A stretch of DNA of 64,000 bases, from positions 62,001-126,000 of the forward strand of contig DATMBG010000044.1 in assembly GCA_035559535.1 (NCBI GenBank). Reading direction: 5' to 3'. A program made the position numbers and the translations under genes. The stretch comes from Candidatus Limnocylindrales bacterium. GTDB taxonomy: Bacteria; Moduliflexota; Moduliflexia; Moduliflexales; JAUQPW01. The notes under the pieces are model-generated. The model was not told the DNA's origin, did no database searches, and saw nothing but the letters and a program-made list of their open reading frames with translations. Below are positions 18,009-26,744 of this stretch, one piece after another (positions within the stretch are counted from its first letter, which is position 1; each line of letters begins with the position of its first letter).

Positions 18009-18569
18009 TTATAAACTTGAAACTAACTTGTTTCCACAATTGGGACAAAACTTATAAGTAGCCATATAAGTTTGCCCACAACTCTGGCAACTAAATTGAA
18101 CACGGGTTCCACATTCTGAACAGAATTTATCTTGAGCGGCCAGTAATTTATGGCAATTAGGACATTTTACTTCCAATGTCCCTGAAGAAGCATGGATTTG
18201 ACTTCGAGCCTTTTTCTTTTTGCGAAAAGCCAGGATTTCCTTCTCGATTTGATCTTCCAGGCTTTCGCCGTATTGATTTTTCTCCAGCTCATCGATTTGT
18301 TGGAGGACAAGGGTTGCATCGACCTTCAGTTGCTGCCGGAGTTGTTGATAATCCCCTTCTGATAATTTACCCATTTTATAATCAAAATCGAGTTCTTTAA
18401 TGGCTAAATAGAGATTTTCTTTTTTACGTTGGAGCTCTCGAAGGGAATAACTGGTCGTGGAAGATGAATCGATCCAGGAAGGTTTTTCTTCCCGTTTAAA
18501 AATCAAGGGATAGGTCACATAACAAATAACCCCCACCGAAAGAAGAATTACAATAAAGGCACTTAACAT
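18009..18569 (-). CDS. Membrane-anchored CcmI-N-like / double zinc-ribbon protein
   Basis: N-terminal TM; IKELDFDYKMGKLSEGDY; four CxxC (CPNC, CSEC, CQSC, CPNC). Confidence 0.7.
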   Translation of the reverse strand: MLSAFIVILLSVGVICYVTYPLIFKREEKPSWIDSSSTTSYSLRELQRKKENLYLAIKELDFDYKMGKLSEGDYQQLRQQLKVDATLVLQQIDELEKNQYGESLEDQIEKEILAFRKKKKARSQIHASSGTLEVKCPNCHKLLAAQDKFCSECGTRVQFSCQSCGQTYMATYKFCPNCGNKLVSSL

Positions 18570-18687
18570 GTTATTTTATATCCTGTTAAAAGTTTAACTT
18601 GAGTCTAGTTTAAAAAATTTTGGCAGGTCTAAAACCTGCCGCCACAGGGCATTCATCCTCTGGGAGTAGGTATTTACAGCATGACCA

Positions 18688-20703
18688 CTAAGCTCGACTC
18701 CATACTTTTGATCCTACCCTCCATTCCGGTTGCATGGCACGTTCACGTTCTTTAAGCTCTTCCAGGGTTGGAAGGGTAATAACAAAGGTTCCCAGCGTCA
18801 TAAAGAGAAACCCGCCGACCCAGATCCAGAGAACCATAGGGTTAATTATGAATTTAAACACCGCCGTATTATCTTCCTCGATGGCTCCGAGAACCGTATA
18901 AAGGTCTTCCTTCAGGGTTGAATAGATGGCTACCTCGGTGGTAACCATTTGATCGCCCCGCAGATAACGATGTTTTTCGGGAACCAGACCGGAAATTTTC
19001 TCTCCCTGGCGATAAACGAGGAGATCGGCAGAGGCAACGGTTTTATTGGGATCACTTTTAAAGGAAATTCCCTGGTATTTAATTCGGTAATCCCCGATAA
19101 TCGCAGATTCTCCTGGTTTCATGACCACTTCCTTTTCTATCTGGAAAGCGGAAGAACCTGCAATACCCACAAAGATCAATACAATGCCGAGATGGACAAT
19201 ATAGCCCCCATAGCGCCTGCGATTTTTAGAAATTAAGGTGAAAAAAGCGGTCAAATAATCTTCTCCGGTCATTTCTCGCCTGGCCAGAGTACCCCGGATA
19301 TACTCGAGGAGGATGGTCCCGGCTACAAACATGGCGATAACAAAAGCGAGTAGGGCCTTGAGGTGGTGGACTCCTGATAGAAACAAAAGGACACCACCCA
19401 GCAAGGCTCCGAAGGTAGGATACATAAAGCTTCGCTTTAAATGTTGCCAGGAGGCCTTACGCCAGGGAATCAAGGGGCCTATGCCGGTTAAAAGGAGCAT
19501 TAAAAGTCCGATTGGGACGTTAACTTGATTGAAAAAGGGAGGCCCAACAGTTATTCGGGTTCCCTGGATGGCTTCAGAGAGAGTTGGAAACATGGTTCCC
19601 CACAGTACGGTGAAGGCGATTCCTACGAAGATCAGATTATTGAGCAGGAAAATACTTTCCCGAGAGATAAAAGAGTCCAATTCATTTCTGCTCTTTAACA
19701 ATTCCCACCGTTTAACAATCCAGAAAACGGAAAAGACCAGGACAAGGGTTAAAAAAACCAAAAAGTAATATCCAAGGGAAGATTGGGCAAAGGCGTGTAC
19801 AGAGGAAACCACCCCACTTCGAGTTAAAAAAGTTCCAAAGATGGAAAGCATGAAGGTCAAAATAATCAGTGAAACGTTCCAGACCTTCAGCATATCTTTC
19901 TTTTCCTGGATCATGACCGAATGGAGGAAGGCTGTTCCCGTCAACCAGGGCATAAGTGAGGCATTTTCTACCGGATCCCAGGCCCAATAACCCCCCCATC
20001 CCAGTTCAAGATAGGCCCAATGAGCCCCCAGCAGAATACCTACACCCAGGAAGTACCAGGGGAAGATGGTCCACCGACGTGTACTCTTGATCCAGGTACT
20101 ATCCAATCGTCCTGTGATAAGGGCTGCAATGGCAAAAGCAAAGGGTACTGTAAATCCGACATATCCCAAATACAGGTTAGGAGGATGAATGATCATGTAG
20201 GGATTTTGAAGGAGTGGATTTAACCCGGCCCCATCTGCAGGAACCCTGGAGGGAGGTAGTACTGCAAAGGGATTTGCAGCAAAAAGGATCAGAACTAAAA
20301 AGAATAGGGCCGTTGACATCAGAACCGAATACACGTACGGCATAAGTTCCCGATTCTTATAACGATTTTGGGCCACCACAATGGCCGAAAATACCGATAA
20401 GATCCAAACCCAGAATAAGAGAGAACCCTCCTGTCCACCCCACCAGGCAGTTATTTTATAAAAGAGCGGCATGGCGCGATTAGAATGTTCTGCGACATAC
20501 CGGAGTTGAAAATTGTCGGTGATTAGAGAATAGATTAAACAAAACGACGCCAGGGTTAAAACCCCAAAAGCGGCCTGAATACCCTTTTCGGCACTTAATA
20601 TAAAATGATTTCTCCGGGTGCGAGCCCCCAGAACAGAAATCACCGGCACATATATACAAAGCCCGAAGGCGATCCATAAGGTAATATATCCTATATCGGC
20701 CAT
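18688..20703 (-). CDS. ccmF: Cytochrome c heme lyase CcmF
   Basis: WGGQEGSLLFW, GLNPLLQ, HPPNLYLGY, WAYLELGWGGYWAWDPVENAS, SVHAF. Confidence 0.97.
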   Translation of the reverse strand: MADIGYITLWIAFGLCIYVPVISVLGARTRRNHFILSAEKGIQAAFGVLTLASFCLIYSLITDNFQLRYVAEHSNRAMPLFYKITAWWGGQEGSLLFWVWILSVFSAIVVAQNRYKNRELMPYVYSVLMSTALFFLVLILFAANPFAVLPPSRVPADGAGLNPLLQNPYMIIHPPNLYLGYVGFTVPFAFAIAALITGRLDSTWIKSTRRWTIFPWYFLGVGILLGAHWAYLELGWGGYWAWDPVENASLMPWLTGTAFLHSVMIQEKKDMLKVWNVSLIILTFMLSIFGTFLTRSGVVSSVHAFAQSSLGYYFLVFLTLVLVFSVFWIVKRWELLKSRNELDSFISRESIFLLNNLIFVGIAFTVLWGTMFPTLSEAIQGTRITVGPPFFNQVNVPIGLLMLLLTGIGPLIPWRKASWQHLKRSFMYPTFGALLGGVLLFLSGVHHLKALLAFVIAMFVAGTILLEYIRGTLARREMTGEDYLTAFFTLISKNRRRYGGYIVHLGIVLIFVGIAGSSAFQIEKEVVMKPGESAIIGDYRIKYQGISFKSDPNKTVASADLLVYRQGEKISGLVPEKHRYLRGDQMVTTEVAIYSTLKEDLYTVLGAIEEDNTAVFKFIINPMVLWIWVGGFLFMTLGTFVITLPTLEELKERERAMQPEWRVGSKVWSRA

Positions 20704-20760
20704 GAATAGCAGGAGTTAAAAGTTAGAATTCAGAACTTTCCTTCTGACTTCTGACTTCTC

Positions 20761-21216
20761 CTAATAAGACTTTAATTGTTCTTTGGATATATACTGCTGC
20801 TTATCCTCAGGCACATATTTGGAAGGACAAGCCGTCATGAGGGTTTTTGCGTGAAAAGTGCCATCGGCATCATAGCGACCTTCTATGATGACATCTGCGT
20901 CATCTTTGAACATATCCGGTATGATTCCTTTGTAATAGACGGGGAGTATACCGGTTCCATCCTTGTCTTTGACGTTAAATTTTACCTCTGTGGGTTGCGG
21001 GCCCTTGACAATGGATGCCGGAACTACCTTACCGGCCACTCGAACGCCTTCCCCATGGAAAGACTTACCTTTAGCCATCAACTCATCCACCGTCATATAG
21101 TAAACCATGTTATTACGGGCGCCTGCAAAGACCATATAGGTAATAGCCAGGGCGATCACACTACCTCCGATTACAAATTTTAATTTTTTCTTTTTCATGA
21201 ACCATTCAGCCACCAA
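20761..21216 (-). CDS. ccmE: Heme chaperone CcmE, Cys-type variant (probable start at MKKKK)
   Basis: N-terminal TM, YYMTVDE, VYYKGIIPDMFK, CPSKY in place of HDENY. Confidence 0.92.
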   Translation of the reverse strand: MVAEWFMKKKKLKFVIGGSVIALAITYMVFAGARNNMVYYMTVDELMAKGKSFHGEGVRVAGKVVPASIVKGPQPTEVKFNVKDKDGTGILPVYYKGIIPDMFKDDADVIIEGRYDADGTFHAKTLMTACPSKYVPEDKQQYISKEQLKSY

Positions 21217-21292
21217 GACATGAAGTTTAAAAAAGCGCTTACCACAAATTTTAGTAAGCCTTAGGGTCTCAATGTCTTTGTGGCCAATACCT

Positions 21293-22033
21293 TTAGCCCA
21301 GTTTTAACAACCAGGGAAACCATTCTGCCAGTTTACTGGCCAACAGAGTGAATTGATTGGTAAAGATGAGATATCCTACGAGGATTAAAAAGCTTCCACT
21401 AAACACCTCTACCACCGTAAAATACCGCTTAATCTTATTGAAAAAATCCATGAAAGCACTGGTTCCTATAGCCGTCAAAATAAAGGGGAGTCCAAGTCCC
21501 AGGGAATAGACAGAAAGAAGAACAATCCCCTTTAATACTGTTTCTTGCCCTCCGGCTAAAAACAAAATAGTTCCTAAGATGGGACCAATGCAAGGTGTCC
21601 AACCAAAAGCAAAGGCCAATCCCAATAAAAAGGAACGTACAAGCCGGGGTCTTTTTCTACCCGTTGGATGAAATCTTTTCTCATAATTTAAGAATTTTAA
21701 TTTAAATAAGCCTATCAAATGCAATCCAAAAACAATCACGATAAGACCGGCTATTTTGCTCAAAATGTTCATTTGGGAAAAAACAAGCTGCCCAAGGGCC
21801 GTGGCGGTAGCACCTAATAAAATGAATACAAGGGAAAAGCCGAAAACAAAGGTAAAGGAGCTAATAACTGTTTTTTTTAAGATCTTTTTACGGTCCCTGG
21901 AGTTTCGCATTTCATCTATGGAAACTCCTGAGGTAAACGCTATATAGGCCGGAACTAATGGGAGAACGCAAGGAGATATAAAAGAAATCAGCCCGCCTAT
22001 AAAAGCGGCCAGTACGGAAATCTCTCCACCCAT
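21293..22033 (-). CDS. ccdA: Cytochrome c biogenesis thiol-disulfide transporter CcdA
   Basis: SFISPCVLPLVP and FGWTPCIGPIL motifs, 6 TM segments. Confidence 0.95.
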   Translation of the reverse strand: MGGEISVLAAFIGGLISFISPCVLPLVPAYIAFTSGVSIDEMRNSRDRKKILKKTVISSFTFVFGFSLVFILLGATATALGQLVFSQMNILSKIAGLIVIVFGLHLIGLFKLKFLNYEKRFHPTGRKRPRLVRSFLLGLAFAFGWTPCIGPILGTILFLAGGQETVLKGIVLLSVYSLGLGLPFILTAIGTSAFMDFFNKIKRYFTVVEVFSGSFLILVGYLIFTNQFTLLASKLAEWFPWLLKLG

Positions 22034-22035
22034 AC

Positions 22036-22293
22036 TCAGACTCCCCTTTGCAGAATTCGATTCAATTTTTTACGTAAAAGCTTTTCACTCACCTTATATC
22101 TAAAAGCTTTTTCGTTTTCAATGAAAACTACGGGAATTTCATATTGAAATCTTTGATACAAATCTGTATCGGAGGTTACATCCACTTCATAAATTTCCAT
22201 TGTGGGATAATCGGCTTGAACTTTTTTGATAACTTCCTTAGCCGTCTCACAAAGACAACAATCCTTCTTTGTATAAATGGTCACTTTTACCAT
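22036..22293 (-). CDS. Glutaredoxin-like protein (DUF836-type)
   Basis: YTKKDCCLCE (CxxC), IPVVFI; 85 aa. Confidence 0.85.
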   Translation of the reverse strand: MVKVTIYTKKDCCLCETAKEVIKKVQADYPTMEIYEVDVTSDTDLYQRFQYEIPVVFIENEKAFRYKVSEKLLRKKLNRILQRGV

Positions 22294-22327
22294 AAATAAT
22301 TTACAACCTCTTTAAATTCCACCTTAA

Positions 22328-22355
22328 AGTCTATCAAATTTCTATAAAGCGTCAA
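22328..22355 (-). promoter_or_regulatory. Candidate sigma70 promoter of the grx-ccdA-ccm operon
   Basis: Minus strand TTGACG-16 nt-TAGACT with a TG extension. Confidence 0.45.
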
Positions 22356-22496
22356 GGAATTTTTCTTTAGCCCTGCCATTTTATAGAAACCCTGGCATTT
22401 TTGCTCCCCTCCCTTACTTTGTTTCCAGGCTCTGCTTTAATAGTATGGGTTGTAGAGTTCTTTTCATCTGTCTACCCCTGAAGCCATCTATGAGTT

Positions 22497-23729
22497 TTAT
22501 TTGTGGGGCGTATCGACCAAGGTTTCCTCTCCCCGAGTCAGCCTTCGCACCCGGTCGCTCGTTAACGTTTTTAAAAACGCCTCTAGATCGCTTATTTCTT
22601 GATCGCTGAGATCGAGCCTGACAATATCCTTATCTAAATTGGAATTGGGTTCGCCTCCTTTATTGTAGAAATCAATAACTTCCCGTAAGGTCTTAAGACC
22701 TCCATTGTGCATGTAAGGGGCTGTTAACTCGATATCACGTAGGGACGGGGTCTTGAAAGCTCCCAGATCCTGAGGTTGATGGGTAACTAAAAATCGACCC
22801 AGTTCAGAAAATCCTTCTGTAAGAGATAATCGGTTCAGTTTTTCTTCGGTTAATTGTCCACTTTCGGCCAATACCCGAACTTGTTGGACCAGGTACTCGA
22901 AGTTTGGGGTGGCTTTCCTGCCGATACCGATGTTATGATACTTGAAGTCGGTGAAGAAAGGGGAAGAATCTTTGAACTCGTGACAGATATGGCAACGGGC
23001 TTTTTTCTGGAATAATTCCCAACCTCGTCGAGCTGCTTCACTAATAGCTGTTTTATCTCCATCGATAAATCGGTCAAAGGGTGAATCCCCTGAAAGCTGG
23101 GTACGCTCAAAGGCTGCAATAGCTTTTGCAATAAGATCAATTGTGACCGGGCTTTTGAAGACCAGTTGAAATTGCTCCCGATAAGAAGGGATTTGTTGGA
23201 CCACATCGACTACAGCCTCATAGGATGGCATAGCCATTTCAACGGGATTGATGAGAGGCTGTTTAATCTGATCTTCTAAAGATTTCGCCCTTCCATCCCG
23301 GAATTGCTCAGGGTTAAATAGGGCATTTAAAATGGTTGGGGCATTGCGTGTGCCTTTTTTTCCACCAACCCCTTCAGACACAGGTTTTCCATCTGTGAAA
23401 GCGGCTTTAGGATCGTGACAGGTCCCGCAACTCACAGTTCGATCCACAGATAATCGCTTATCAAAATAAAGAGCTTTTCCCAAGGCAACTTTGGCTTCGG
23501 TCAGAGGATTATCTTCTGGAATAAACAACTCCCAGAGGTCTTCTGGAATACCCAGAGGGAATTCCATCTGAAACTTTCTGACTGGCTCAGGGGTGGCTGC
23601 ATAGGTAGAAAATAATAGGAAGCTTGCTGGGTAAGTTACAAAAAATCCCAAACCCATCACCGTAGCCGCGATAACCACCGGTATGGTCCTTGGGAGAGGG
23701 GGTTTTCTCATGGTATAATACTTCTTCAT
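22497..23729 (-). CDS. Diheme cytochrome c peroxidase / MauG family protein
   Basis: LGKALYFDKRLS, SCGTCH, RNAPTI, QF(R)DGRA, PVEM, CHICH, FKTPSLR, APYMHNG, VIDFY. Confidence 0.92.
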   Translation of the reverse strand: MKKYYTMRKPPLPRTIPVVIAATVMGLGFFVTYPASFLLFSTYAATPEPVRKFQMEFPLGIPEDLWELFIPEDNPLTEAKVALGKALYFDKRLSVDRTVSCGTCHDPKAAFTDGKPVSEGVGGKKGTRNAPTILNALFNPEQFRDGRAKSLEDQIKQPLINPVEMAMPSYEAVVDVVQQIPSYREQFQLVFKSPVTIDLIAKAIAAFERTQLSGDSPFDRFIDGDKTAISEAARRGWELFQKKARCHICHEFKDSSPFFTDFKYHNIGIGRKATPNFEYLVQQVRVLAESGQLTEEKLNRLSLTEGFSELGRFLVTHQPQDLGAFKTPSLRDIELTAPYMHNGGLKTLREVIDFYNKGGEPNSNLDKDIVRLDLSDQEISDLEAFLKTLTSDRVRRLTRGEETLVDTPHK

Positions 23730-24165
23730 ACTTAGGCTTGCAGGACCGGTACGGTTAGATTATATTAGTTTTACCATCCGTTTTTTTATTTAATTTATTT
23801 CTGTAATTCTTACTTTTAAGTTATCACCGTCCTATCGGTTTTTTTATTCCTTAATAAAAAAATTTTTTATCCTGGGGAATAACTTGCCCTGCTAGATTGT
23901 GATTCCTTATAAAAAGGCTTATAAAAAGGAAGAGTTAATAAATTTTTTATTTGCGGACTGGCCTTGAGGCTTGTTTCATTGAATGAATGATTCAATATTA
24001 AGTTTAGCAGTCTTTACTTTAAGACAGATATCTATCAAATCTGGTTAATGCGAGTTCTCATATTTAACCGGAATGGTAGAAGGAGCATAAAGTTGTACTC
24101 ATTGCCATGCTTCATCAAGCACCCGTATCGGAATAGGTTCTCAAAGCACCGCGAAAAGGACGATA

Positions 24166-24705
24166 ATGATCGGGCAGGGTGAGGACAAGGAGGGGCAGAA
24201 AAGCATCGAGCAAGCCATTCTTGAGTATGTGGAGGCACTCTATGGTTATGCCATGTCCTTAGCACGAAACCCGGTGGAGGCTGAAGATTTAGTACAGGAA
24301 ACGTATTTACGAGCCATCAAGGGAGCACGTCGCTCCATGCCCACCGGGGATCTAAAAGCCTGGTTATTCACGATCCTGCGTAATATTTGGATCAATCAAC
24401 GGCGGCGTGCTCAGGGGTCAGAATTGCTTCTTGGAATAGATATAGAGGGTCTGGAATCAGAGAGTGAATGGACGGCCAAAAATCAACAGCGCCCGGATAC
24501 AATATTTGAGCAAGGACTACTACGGGAAAATATTCGAATCGCTTTGGAAAGTTTACCTGAGGCCTTTCGTGAGGTCATTGTCTTGCGTTGTATGGAGGGA
24601 TTCAGTTATAGCCAGATAGCTGAGATTTTAGGTTGTCCGGTTGGAACGGTCATGTCACGTATCAATCGTGCCAGAGCTGAATTACGCCGTCGGTTGAACA
24701 AATAG
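24166..24705 (+). CDS. ECF RNA polymerase sigma factor
   Basis: AEDLVQETYLRA, KAWLFTILRN (region 2); FSYSQIAEILGCPVGTVMSRINRAR (region 4). Confidence 0.95.
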   Translation: MIGQGEDKEGQKSIEQAILEYVEALYGYAMSLARNPVEAEDLVQETYLRAIKGARRSMPTGDLKAWLFTILRNIWINQRRRAQGSELLLGIDIEGLESESEWTAKNQQRPDTIFEQGLLRENIRIALESLPEAFREVIVLRCMEGFSYSQIAEILGCPVGTVMSRINRARAELRRRLNK

Positions 24706-24719
24706 GCCGATGGATCTTT

Positions 24720-25571
24720 GTGGGAAGTAGGAGAGCTGTGAACGAACACGTTATTTATCAAATTCCACTTTACCTGGATAACGAATTACAGGGAGACGAA
24801 CAACGTCTGTTTGAAGCGCACATCAACGCCTGTGCCAGTTGCTGGGCAGCTTTAGAGTATGAACGCCGACTGATTTTGGCAATTCATCAGGCACGTCCTT
24901 TATATTCTACACCAGAAGGGTTAAGGGAGAAGATTGAGCAGATCCTGCAAAATCATCAACCCATTTCGAAAAGATTTTCCTCTCGTACCCGGAGAGTCTT
25001 TGTGGCTATCGTGGTTGTTCTGGGCCTGATACTGGCCTGGTTTATTGCTCGTCCAACCCATATCCCGTTGGTACGACCTTCTGAATTTGCTCTCGTTGCG
25101 GTGGATACTCACCAGCGATATACCCGTAATCAACTTCCATTGGAAGTGATCAGTAGCTCTCCAGAAGAAATTTCCACGTGGTTTGCCGGTAAATTACCTT
25201 TTAACCTGAAATTACCTAATTATCCTGAAGATTTGAATCAGTCCAAGCCTTATGAAATCGTCGGTGCCCGACTGATTGGTTTCAAGCAAGATTATGCAGC
25301 CCATGTGGTCTATCGTTTGCACAATCGTCCCATTTCTTTAGTTGTTACTTCGGAAACTATTGCACAACCTGCCGGGGGGGAGAAAATTCCCTGGCAAGGA
25401 CTTTTGTTCCATTTTGATGTGATTAACGGTTGGAAAGTCCTTACCTGGTCCGATAAAGGATTAACCTATGCCCTCGTGTCTGATTTTGAAGAGCACGGCC
25501 AGGCCTCTTGTGTAGTTTGCCATTCTGGAGGGCAGGATCAGCATAAATTTGAAGGTTTAAAATTCAGATAA
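24720..25571 (+). CDS. Transmembrane anti-sigma factor (ZAS/zf-HC2) with C-terminal CxxCH
   Basis: YLDNEL...HINACASC (HxxxCxxC); one TM; extracytoplasmic domain ending ASCVVCHSGG. Confidence 0.88.
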   Translation: MGSRRAVNEHVIYQIPLYLDNELQGDEQRLFEAHINACASCWAALEYERRLILAIHQARPLYSTPEGLREKIEQILQNHQPISKRFSSRTRRVFVAIVVVLGLILAWFIARPTHIPLVRPSEFALVAVDTHQRYTRNQLPLEVISSSPEEISTWFAGKLPFNLKLPNYPEDLNQSKPYEIVGARLIGFKQDYAAHVVYRLHNRPISLVVTSETIAQPAGGEKIPWQGLLFHFDVINGWKVLTWSDKGLTYALVSDFEEHGQASCVVCHSGGQDQHKFEGLKFR

Positions 25572-25599
25572 CCTCTGAAGGGGGCCAGACGCTTAAAAT

Positions 25600-26730
25600 T
25601 TAATCCTGGAGTCTTGCATTAAAACCCGCGTGTTTCAATAACTCTACGGCTTGTAAGGCGTCCGACCTTAATCGGAAAGCGAGTCGTATAGTTCCGCCTT
25701 CCCCCTCCCGGATTTTGAGAATTTCCATATCACTGATATTGATTCCCGCTTCTGCAATGACCCGGGTTAAGGTGGCCAGGACGCCGGGTTCATCCTTGGC
25801 CACCAAACGTATCTCATGGAGAGGTTCCAAAAGTCCTTTATTGCTGTAAGGAATGGTATTGCGAACCTGTCGCGCCCTTTCAAGTTTAGAAAGAACACTT
25901 TCTTCGGAAATAAGGTTTTTGAGGGTTTGAAGATTTTGGATAAGAAGGTCTAGAAGTGGCAGGATCTGAGATTTATTGGATTGACAAATATCCACCCACA
26001 TTTTAGGAGAACCCGAAGCGACCCGGGTCAGATCTCGGAATCCCCCTGCCGCTAGTTGGAGTAAATCCGGATGCTTTGCCTGCAAATCGGCAATTAAATT
26101 GACCAAGGATACCGATAAAAGGTATGGAAGGTGACTCACCGCGGCGACAATTTCATCATGGCTTACAGGATCCAGTACCAAAACACGTCCTCCGATTTTT
26201 TTAACAATCTTGCAAAGAATCGTAAACTCCGGCAAAGAAGGTTCCGACAGGCTTTCAGGCGCAGGTATTTGTTGATGATGGGTTTGCAGGGGAGTCAGTA
26301 CATACACCGCGTTTTCAAAAAGGAAGGAATCTGCCGAAGTAACCCCACTCCGCTCAGAACCGGTCATGGGATGACCGCCTATAAAGCAGACGGTTTCAGG
26401 AAGATATTTTTGAGCCGTTTTGATAATCTCGACCTTAGTACTTCCCACATCGGTTACCAGGGCCCCCGGTTTAAAATGAGAGGCAAGGCGAGGAATAAGG
26501 GTTAGAATAGCAGAGATAGGGGTCGCCAAAACGACCATATCGGCTCCTCGAACCCCCTCTTCGGGGCTTTGATAGGTTTTATCTATAATTCCCATCTCTA
26601 AAGCCTTTGCTAAGACTTCCGGGGTATCCACGCCGGTGATTTCACCGGCGCAGCCCGTGCGCTTCAAGGAAGCAGCCAGAGAACCTCCTAACAAGCCAAC
26701 TCCAATAATGGTAACTTTTTCAACTAACAT
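25600..26730 (-). CDS. tyrA: Prephenate/arogenate dehydrogenase with ACT domain
   Basis: IIGVGLLGGS, TDVGSTK, GGHPMTGSE, HDEIVAAVSHLP, GGFRDLTRVA, DEPGVLA. Confidence 0.93.
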   Translation of the reverse strand: MLVEKVTIIGVGLLGGSLAASLKRTGCAGEITGVDTPEVLAKALEMGIIDKTYQSPEEGVRGADMVVLATPISAILTLIPRLASHFKPGALVTDVGSTKVEIIKTAQKYLPETVCFIGGHPMTGSERSGVTSADSFLFENAVYVLTPLQTHHQQIPAPESLSEPSLPEFTILCKIVKKIGGRVLVLDPVSHDEIVAAVSHLPYLLSVSLVNLIADLQAKHPDLLQLAAGGFRDLTRVASGSPKMWVDICQSNKSQILPLLDLLIQNLQTLKNLISEESVLSKLERARQVRNTIPYSNKGLLEPLHEIRLVAKDEPGVLATLTRVIAEAGINISDMEILKIREGEGGTIRLAFRLRSDALQAVELLKHAGFNARLQD

Positions 26731-26744
26731 GGTCCGTACCTCGG

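Noticed and set aside
18150-18164. CPNCH in the 18009-18569 protein as a heme c site
   Set aside because: It is one of four CxxC motifs forming a double zinc ribbon, probably cytoplasmic
22497-23729. True mauG (methylamine dehydrogenase maturation) or mbnH
   Set aside because: No mauABDE, mbnP or other substrate genes adjacent; only family-level assignment is supported
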